Source: Raillietiella orientalis (Eukaryota). Taken from it: 64,000 bases of DNA. The DNA lies in NCBI GenBank assembly GCA_036172245.1, contig JAYWIR010000012.1:3844001-3908000 (forward strand), written 5' to 3'. Made by a program: the position numbers and the translations under genes. This document shows positions 54,601 through 64,000 of the stretch, piece after piece. Within the stretch, counting starts at the first letter, position 1. The number at the start of each line of letters is the position of its first letter. The notes beneath the pieces are model-generated. The model searched no databases. It saw only the letters and a program-made list of their open reading frames with translations, and had not been told where the DNA came from.

Positions 54601-57600
54601 GTCAGTATTCTGGTATTCAAAAAATTGGTATCAAAACACTTAAAAAATAAAACACATTAATGTGTTTTGGTTTTTAATTTCTAAATGAATTTTTCATCGA
54701 TTAACATATAAGTATCTTTTAAAACTTAAAAACCAAAATTTAATTTGAAATTAGTTAACAGTAACTCATCTACTAAAAAAAACTACCTTTGAAACATATC
54801 TAACTAATCCTTAACTAGACAGTGTATCCCAATTCCAAATCTTCTACCATAAATAATTTTTCTCTTTTGGGAACAAGAATATGCATTTTGACCATGGTAT
54901 AAATGAATAAACATTTACTTATACATCACCCTGCACACAAAACGGATTAAGTTTATCACTCCAAGAGTAGAAAATCACATGACTAGACTGCCTTTCTTGA
55001 GAACAAAATCACTAGCATTTTGAAATGAAATTTCAACCACCGACATCAAAAGTCCAGCTATAGTCCTATCTCATGAAGTGGATGCAAAAGCTGTAAACAA
55101 AATGAATATGAAATTTGCAGGTTTGAAGTGCCTGCAATCCACATTAGATTTAATTAATTTTAATTATAGTTTTGTTCCTATTTAAATAATCATGCAAATG
55201 TGTTTCTGAATTACCTGTTCATGAGAATTACAAGGTCAAATAAGGGAATTTAAAGACTGATAAGAATGCTTCTCACAAAAAGGAGTATTTAGTGCCAGTG
55301 TTTAATGCAGAAATTCCTACTTAAACAATCTCATGCTTTTGGATACTTGAGAAATTAAGTTTACAGATTGACATTACAGACTAACAGAATTTGCATCTCT
55401 ATAAATATAAATGCTGCTTGCTCAAATTTCAATTCATACAACTTAAGAACCTATGCACAATTCGGAGATTCCAGCAACTTTGTCTGCACCAATGAGATTT
55501 GTAAACATCAATGCAAACATCAGAACTTAATTCCTCTTGTCGTGATTTCATAAAACTGAAAATGCTTACAAGATCCCAACTGGCAGTATTAAAATATGTA
55601 TGCAATGCAGCTATAATATACTGGGTGTCTAAATTATATTCAAAGCTTATAAATTAATATGGATTAACGCAATTATTATTGAATGTTAATTGCTACGGCT
55701 TGAAGTTCATGGATGCAATGAAATTTGGCATTGTGCACCATTATACGAGGCTTTTTTCTGCGCATCGCATACGTATTCGTCGTAAATATGTTAAAAAGCG
55801 AGAACCTTAACAGTTTACTGATCTTGACATCTGGAAATGCAATAAAATGGCGAATGATACCAACATTAGTAACACTAATGCCTTTGAAAGTTACAAATTT
55901 ATAAGCATTCCTTCGAATGCTTCTTTATTTATTCCAACAAACGCAATAACTTTACTGATTAATATTTTTCTCATTAATATTTTCCGAAACGGTCAAAAGC
56001 AAATAAATATTTTCAATCTTTGGTGACAAGAGCCATTCCTAATACTAATCATCATAGGCATCACATGTGCAAAGCACAAGGGTACAATAATGCAACAAAT
56101 TTATACTACACTCCCTAATTAGGCGACATAGGAAACAAAAGCATGCATTAATCTTACGGAAATCTTTATGTCAATATGGATTTTGCCTTAATTAGCAAAG
56201 AAAAATTAACACAAATCTTATACTCGAGGTTTACCCATGATGGACATGAGCCTAAAGAGCAGCAATTAAATATCTACATGAAGAATGGTCTTCTCTTCAT
56301 CACACAGAATATTTGAAAACTGAAACCAGCCCAAAGAACAAACCCTTCTTACCTTCTTCATAGTTTTGAAAAACTTTTGAAAATCTATGAACTGAAATGT
56401 TTCTCTAATTGTCCATTATAAAGGTACTATACTTCAGTCAAGATATATGTATGGTGCAATTAAGGATCTGAAATTCAAACCTTTTAATACACTTTGAATA
56501 AACCTCTGATACGCAAACGATAAATGCAGTCGAAACTTTCAAATTTGATTAATGAGGGAGATGACAAACACACCGCTACTTTTTTCGAGTTAACCTGATT
56601 ATCTCAGCAAGGCTTTGCAAGTGAATGCTCTTGTGGACGCTACTTTGCAGTTCAAATAAATTACTGAAACCCTAAAGCAAATCCATCGCTGTTCACACAT
56701 CACCGAGTTCACACAACCGTAGGCTCGAAAATTTACGAATTTCACACCAGAAAAGTGCTCGGCTCTTAATTCCGTATAGCAAATCATTAGGTTTTCAATA
56801 TTTGAATCATCTTTTGTGCAGCAACCACTCAGCAACCGAACACTTCGCACACGTGAGTTTGAAAGAAGACAAAGAGCTCTCCTAGGGGCCTACGCGAGCG
56901 GTTCGCACGCTGGTCTTCTTTTTTTTTTTTGGGTTTTGCTTCCCCCCCCCCTTTTTTTTTTTTCCGTTTGACAAAGCGCGTTTCGCGAGATCGGAGTTTC
57001 ATCATCAAAGGAAGCACACCGTCGCTTTGCGAGTTTTATCCACAACATCACGAGGACGAAGCGCACCACCACCACCACCACAATCGGCGACGACCCATTG
57101 TGTGCCTCCCCCCCCCCCCGGCCACGGACATTTGCGAGGTGCCGCACGCTCACCACTCGCGCGCGCGTTCCGCTCGCCCGTCGCATCGGCAGCGCAGCGT
57201 TTGTTTTCGGAAACACCCTGGCGTGCGACGGGCTGCTGCGATCTCCGTCGCCATGGCAAGCTGCCGCCGAGGAGGTGCTTCTCGCCAGGTATGCGGCGTT
57301 TCCGCGCCCGGCCCTCTCCGTTCCAGCCGCGTCTTCCCCTCCCCCCCCGTTCCCTCCTATCTCACGGATCGAGTTTTCAAGATATTCCCAGAACGCAAGC
57401 AAGGATGGGGCGGTACTTGTTGCCTCAGCATCAGTCAAATAAGAGGAGGAAAAAAAAAAAAAGCATGCCGGATCACCGCGTCACTCGTAGGTCTGCTAAA
57501 CCCACGGGGGGGGAGGGGGTCTTAATACGTGAATGAGCAAAGCTTCGGTGAAACTGGAAATTGGAATAAACAGACTGCAAGGAACCGGGTGGACCAGCTC

Positions 57601-58399
57601 TGTGTGGACGCGGAAAGATAGCCAGCGGATTTGGGGAACAACGCGCCCGCGCACGCGCGCGTTTGCTCTCCCGACCCGCAGCAGCAGCAACCCAATTCCC
57701 ACTCGGACGAACAAATACGCCTCTCGCAGAGGGCAGCGTGGATCGTTCCTCCGCTAATTTTGCCGGTCCCTGGAGGTCTTATCTGAAAAGAGCGAGCACC
57801 TAGTTGCATTTTAAATGACCTGCATCATCTGCTGAGCAATCCGCGAATCCTTACAGATAAATGCCATGGAGAAACTTCGTGGTCCAAGTTACAGTACCGG
57901 ACGGGGGAGGGTTTCCTTGGGTAAAAGAGCAAAGGGAAAACAATAAGTAGTTTTTTGGCTAATCCTATGGGAGAAGGGTAGAAGCGAGATAGGGTTGGGA
58001 GGATTCTGGACCACCTCAGAGGAGGAAGATGATTTCACTTGGGAACCATTTGTCCAAGATGGGAGCGCAGGCTTCCTCGCAAACAGCCCGCCATTACCAG
58101 CGAAGGCTCATTGTTTGTGCATCATCTTGGTGGTGAAGTACGTTGGTGTGGAAACGGCTGAAAGGGGTTCCCGAGCGTACTTTGAGAGCAGACGACGACC
58201 ACGCCAGGTCATCTTGGCTAGTTTTTCTTTTTTTTTTCCTCGTTCGCAAAGTCCGTTCGCCTCCGTAGGGAGGGATGGGGGAGGGACTCAAAGCTCATTA
58301 GCACTGTCGAAGTCACCCGAGGAAGCGTACGACTCTCCAAGTTATATGAGATGAACCCAGAGGAGACGCTATGAATCCAGCAGTAGCATTAAAAGGCGG

Positions 58400-59824
58400 A
58401 CGAAGGACCTCCTGAGAATCGCCTTGTGGGGCACAGGGAGGCCCCGAGTCCGCCTGAAGGAATTCGCTCCGCGTCGCGACGGAGGTCTCGGTCCCCTGAC
58501 TCTGGAGCGCCTGGTGCGGCAGCTCCAGTGGCGAAGTCCCCTGCCCTAGTGCCGAAGCTTTGGAGCACGAACTGGTGCGAGTCTGCGCGATACCTGGTCA
58601 AGCGAGCCACCGGCTACGCAGGACTGTCTTCGTTCCTGGCGCGACGACGCAGATGCAACGTGTGCCGCTGCGCACTGGAGCTGCGGCCAGTGGCCAAGAT
58701 GACCAGGACCAACAGCTGGATCTTCCGCCGGCCCGACAACGGTAGTGCCAGGCTGCAGGAAACCGTTCGCACGTGGGCCAAGAACAAGGAAGCCAGCGCG
58801 GAGATGCGGCAGCGACCGCTGCACCCCTTCTGCAAAAGCCGCTCGCCGCAGGACGTCATCGCGCAGCCCACCACGACGTGTGCGTAGGCGCAAACAACCT
58901 CCCTTGTCGCGGCACTGCCCTCCCTCAGGGAGCACCTGGGCACTAGTCACTGGGTCGAATGGGAGGTCGGTTGCGAATTCAGTCAGAAGACCAGGGAACT
59001 AGGTGGCTAGCTAGCGAACGCTGAGACTCCAAGTGCCCCAACGAAAGGACTCTGGAGCTGGGGTGATCTGCTGGCAATCCCACAGGAAGATATCGAGTGG
59101 CTCCCACAGCTAAAGAAGGCAACCGGGCCTTCCCCCTGAAGCGACAGGAATCGGCAGTCCTGCTGTTGAATCGGGGTATCCCGTGCAACGTCCTCCGCTC
59201 CCACTGGACCCGGGAGGATGTGGGGGGATCCGAGTTGTTGGAGGTGCGTGGAACGGGAATCCCAGCTACCGCACCTGCTCGTAGACTGTGTTGTGCCCTC
59301 CAGCCCCTGCGCTCGCGTTGCTCAACGGCCCTTGGTGCACCGACCGACAATCCCAGGCACGTGATGAAGCGCCTGTTCGTGCGCGATGCCCTTTCGCCTG
59401 CCGCATCCCCAGCCGCTCCTTGCTGCTGCCTACGCGGGTTTGCGGCGGCCTGGAGCCACGCGAGAGGAGGACGGCACGATGGGGATGCCATCTGCTTCGC
59501 CCTGCGCTTCCTGCGGACGGCAGCAAGATGGCCCCGTCCGGAGCATACTCGGAAGGGAATTGCCGGCATCCTGGAAAGGATGCAGAGGATGCCCTCCAGC
59601 GGATAGTGATCCTTTCCCGTGCCCTCTCAATTTTTTTGTATACATTTTTTCGTTTGATTTCTGTTCGCCCCCTTCCCCTCCGCTGCGGAGGCGAACTTGG
59701 CCGGACTGCAAGCCGTTTACTTGGCAGATTCCGAGCATTCTCGGACCTTGTAGGGCGATGGACCTACATCTATATGTTAATTATTTTTTTATAATAAACG
59801 TCCCGGTGTGACCGGGTGATTAAA
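58400..59824 (+). mobile_element. 5'-truncated Tx1/L1-like element, C-terminal region and 3' UTR
   Basis: WGDLLAIPQEDIEW, PLKRQES, LFVRDALSPAASPAA match the other copies; terminal motif at 59793-59824. Confidence 0.8.
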
Positions 59825-59863
59825 CCTATAACTCGAAGTGTCACATACACCCTCGGGTGATGC

Positions 59864-62100
59864 TTGTCACCCGAATTTGCAGGGGCATTTCTTGTTAAAA
59901 TGTGCTAAAAAAAATTCATAATAAAGTCGCAAATTTGATGTCGAGGTGGAACACTGGGTTCTACCCTGTGTGAAAAACTTATCATAACCGGTGCGCAGAT
60001 CAGTGAGGTCCTCTTCATTGACGAAAGGGAGAAAAAAAAAAAAGATGACAAAAAATAAGAAAAAAAGGGAGGGAAATGTTTTTTCGGGGAGAAGAGGGCA
60101 GGAAAGGGATCACTGAACGCCTGGAGTCGTCCTCTGCATCCTGTGACGGATCCTGACAAGTTCTGTTTTCGTATTTCCTGGAAGGGGCCATCGACAAGCG
60201 GTCAAGTAGGTTTCCGCCCAGTGGATACATCCCTGCTGTTTTGCCCTCTTCCCTCCGCGTTGCTTGCCTCGATTCCGCGTACCCAGCGGAGAACTGCTAG
60301 AGAGGCGGCTGGGAGCAGGGCGTCACGCATGAAGAGGCGCCGGAAATGTTCTTGGGGTCGCCTGCTGGGATTTTCAGGATCAACGAAAGCCGATCCCAAA
60401 CGACACGTAGAGCGACACAGTCAATTAGCAGGTGCGGGAAGGTTTCCCTTTCGCCGCACTCTGCACAACTGACATCCACACTCCCCAGTGTCCAGTGAGA
60501 GAGGCGTGCTCTGTATGGGATTCCACAATGCAATAACAGGAACACCGCCTCTTGCCACTTCAGAGGAAGAGTACCACTGTTTCTCACCGGGGTGCGCCGG
60601 GGCGTTCATTGCTAAACTATCCGGGAACAGAGTTCCCGGACAAAGGACACAGAAAAAACGAAGGGGGGGATCCCCGACACGCAGGTCGGTAAACCGAAAG
60701 TCCGGAACGGGAGGGAGGGGACCACAAATACACATACAAAAAAATAGAAATAAAGATATGGGGAAGGTAGGGGACAGGGGTCTTTGGTTTGCGCCGTTTC
60801 TTTTCTTCAGAACCGGCTATGGATGCCGGTGATCTCGCTCCTAACGCCCTCTGGAAGATGGGCCCACTAGGCGGCCGAAGTCATGTTCTCGCCGGCTATT
60901 CCGGTGGCCTATCGACGAATCGCCTGCTTCTCCAGCTCTCGGTGGGTCTTGTCGATGGCGTGGGTCCCACTGTGCCTACACTCTGGGGACCACTTCACCT
61001 TCTCCGGAGGTATTGCTAGTAGCTCGCCCCAGCGCAGAGATCCCTTAGGCGGGACACTCGGGGTGACAGCGTCCGCTAACTGCCGAGTTATCCACGCTTT
61101 AAAGAGTTTTTCTTTGTCCCCAATAAGCCAGGCCGCTTCCCACATTGCCGTTTCGTCCCTAGCGTTCCTAAGAGAGGCTGCTCGCGGGCAAGGGGGATGA
61201 GCGAAGCCCACAGCAGTTTGCAGACGATCTCCCTCGGGTAACGTGGACATTGCTGAAGAGCTTTGCGCCCCCCCCCCTTCCCCCCAAGGAGGTGCACGGT
61301 TCTTCGGCACTTTGCCCCCGAACCAAAGGAAATAGAAAACCTTCTGGAATTAGGAGGCGTTCTTTCTGGAAATTTTCCCCTCTATGAAGTTGTCTGGGAA
61401 GTAGGGAGCATTGACTTGTGTGGAGAGCCCAAGTCGGAAACTCGGATGCTTGGAGACGTGCGCGCACAACATCCGCTCAGTCGGCGAGAGTAGCAAGCGG
61501 ACACGTTGAGCGAGCTCCGGATGAGGGACCCAAACGCGGCACTTGGTTTCCCCCTCTCTTCCCCCACGTTCACTTTGAAATCGGGAGAGCTTTTCAAAGG
61601 GTAACCGACCCACAGGGTTGACCTCTTGAATCACCCCTTTCACCGAACGATCGGGAAGGAGCGAGGCGGCATCCCGGGCTTCTCCCGAAGGTGACGACTG
61701 CCTAACGGACGGGTGGACAATGACTGGTGACGCTCTTTGTTTGCTTCCGAAGGGGTTCCATCCGTGAGCTCGCGGAGCGTAGGAGCGCTCCGATTTGGGG
61801 CGAGACAGACCTGGTCTCGTTCGGGATCGAGCTCGCAGGGACTGCCAGCACAGAAGGAAATCTACGCGGGTCCGTCTCGGACACCCGAGGGCAGCGGGTC
61901 CCCCATCCGCACGCCTGCAACACCGCCGCTTCTTCTCTCACGCGTTCCGTTGCTGCAGCACATTGCTGTGGCGCACCCACAGTGCGTGGCATTTGCGACA
62001 GGGATCCGGCGATCTGGAGCGACGACACCCAACAAGAGGAGGGACGAGAAGAATTCCAGTTTAGCAACCAAGGGGAACTCTGGAACAGTGGGGGTTGCAT
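59864..62100 (-). mobile_element. Tx1/L1-like element (RT remnant to 3' end), interrupted by a nested insertion
   Basis: GVRMGDPL (GVRQGDPL motif) near 61900; WGELLAIPPEKVKW; LPLKWQE...CAECGERETFPHLLIDC (zf-RVT); terminal motif at 59864-59893. Confidence 0.82.
60581..60963 (-). mobile_element. Nested 383-bp 5'-truncated insertion with a 10-bp target-site duplication
   Basis: Flanks gtaccactgt (60571-60580) and gtcccactgt (60964-60973); removing the insert and one repeat restores the host frame WSPECRHSGT-LPLKWQE. Confidence 0.8.
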
Positions 62101-62149
62101 TCCAAAGCAGGCGGGCTAGCTTTGCGAAAAGAAGCATCTGAAAAGAACG

Positions 62150-63000
62150 AGAGGTAAAAGAAATGGGGAGATGGGAGGGTGGGTCTGCGGAGGAGAAGGA
62201 ATCAGTGCCCGCGTCGAGGGCCACGTGGCTGCTGAGGTCTCCGCGCGTGGCACCACCAAGTGCCGCGGGTTCGAATCCTCGGCCAAAGAATTGCCACCGA
62301 GAGATGGGGTGAGGGCGTAGTAGGTGCGAGTTCCTCCCGCGAGATGGAGATGGTTGGCCTGCATTCATTCGGGTGCGGCACTGGTAGCGGTTCAAACCGG
62401 ATGCCCCGATGAGTGGCTGGGATTAGGAGTGGACCTCCGGGTCCTTCCAGGAATCAAGGAGTAGGAGTGCCTCTCTGTTGTGCAAAGGAGCGGATCCCCC
62501 TTCGAAAGGTAACCTCCGTGTCGTATCATGGAGTAGGTGTATCGCTACCTCCCTAGAGCTCAGAGAAGCTCCTTTTGGGAATCCCCCCTCAGAGGAATCG
62601 GGAAGAGTCCCTTCGGGGTTCCCTTCAGATAGAAAAAATGGAGCGGACTCCTGCGAGAGTCCCTCCGGAGAGGATAAACAAGGAGATTTTTCTACGGGGT
62701 TCCCATCGGAGATAACCAGGGTGGAGGTGTTCCTCTCCTTGATAGGAATGGACTCCGAGCCGTCCTGGATGCATGGAGTGTGATCTCCTCCCGGGGTACT
62801 CTCTATCCTGAAGAGTTGACACGCACCCTAGGGTGGAACAGCGTCAAAGAGCTGAGTGAGCCGTCGCCAGGGGTGCGACGGCTCTTGAGGTACTCAGCAA
62901 ACCAAAAAAAGAGAAAGAAGGCAGTCTACAGTTGGCCTTGGAAACCACCCCTCTGGAAACGTGAGGTCCTTCTCCCGTCATGTTTTCTCAAGTCGCCAAA
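62150..63000 (+). mobile_element. ORF1 end plus repeat-rich spacer of the Tx1-like family
   Basis: GHVAAEV...KCRGFES, then GxPSE-type repeats aligned with 22820-23230 and 26060-26950. Confidence 0.6.
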
Positions 63001-63449
63001 GCGACCGCCGTCCTCCAGAGAAGAGACCCCATCCAAACGGAAGGATGGCCTTCAGGCAGAAGACACGAACCGCTCTCCCACGCTGCTGGGAAGTCCGGGA
63101 CCCACGTTGGGCACAGCAGGTGGGGTGAAGAGATGAGCAGCACGGCAGCCGCCGCTGCGAACCGACGAGGCAGTTTCCGGGAACAAGAAGTGTCCTCAAG
63201 AGAGATCGTGCAGTGACATCAGAGGTGCCTTAAGATTCCAAAAAGGCGATGGCGGAGCTTCTGCGGTGGGAACGCCCTCCCGCAGCCAGAAACGATGGTG
63301 AAAGCGTTTGGTCAGCCCCCGTCCACCTGCGTGGTCCTCGATCCCCTTGGGTCAAATCCCTGAAGTGGATGCTGAATCGCTTGCTTTGGTTATCGACGAT
63401 GGTCTGACCACCTTTTCGTGAGTCAACTGCGTTTGCTGTTCAAGGTAGA

Positions 63450-64000
63450 AGTCACTTACTGTCATTTCTCTGAAGATTGGGAACAACTGTTCAGAGGCTG
63501 AGCCTCATGGATCTCTCTGCCGCACCAGATCCCAGGATCTCACCGGGGTACAGTGAGTAGTAGCTGGGTACACGACAGCATCCATACGCGTCCAGCTGCG
63601 TACTCTTCCCCTTTTGACGAGAACAAAATGTTTCGACACTCGGAGCATGCTCGGAACTCGATACCCCACTCTCATGATGGAACGAGTGAACGCTTTCGTC
63701 TCGTGGTAGCTCGCGAACAGTGCCGAACACTGCCATCGAATGTGCCTCCCGAATCGTTCCCCCTTTTTGTGCTTTCCGTGCATGGTGAGAGTTTATCGTG
63801 GGTCCTAAAATGCTCGAAAATGATACCACGAAGTCTAGAAAGGAACTCGTTTGGTACTCGTCGGTTTCGACACTCGTCACGAGCTCCGGAACGAATTACC
63901 GAGGAGCATCGAAGTGCCACATTGTATTTGCAGCAGCCACCACCCGGATCTGTCCCTACGGCGAATCCAAGAGAGAGCACCGTCGTCGTCCTCCTGCGCT
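63450..64000 (-). mobile_element. Possible degenerate LTR-retrotransposon integrase core
   Basis: SVETDEYQTSSFLDFVVSFSSILGPTINSHHARKAQKGG resembles the rve core spacing (TD...F..F...LG......Q.NG..E); frameshifted. Confidence 0.35.

Overview
Eukaryotic (animal, probably arthropod-like) genomic DNA with many very short (43-100 nt) introns. 1-16.5 kb holds the 3' part of a Trio-family RhoGEF gene (+). 16.7-31.2 kb and 58.4-63 kb are GC/CpG-rich nests of decayed Tx1/L1-like non-LTR retrotransposons. 31.3-45.1 kb is a compact, AT-rich, CpG-poor gene cluster: NF-YC (-), TGS1 (-), a Ty3/gypsy RT relic, dynein light chain roadblock (+) and a GSE1-like gene (-). The most notable observations are: (i) a 3'-terminal stem-loop with a compensatory change that ends five or six diverged retroelement copies, none with a long poly(A) tail, one of them nested in a relative with a 10-bp TSD; (ii) only 76 nt, containing a splice acceptor, between the TGS1 stop and the NF-YC start; (iii) convergent roadblock and GSE1-like stops 104 nt apart. 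All identifications come from motif recognition by eye, without database searches, and TE boundaries are approximate.
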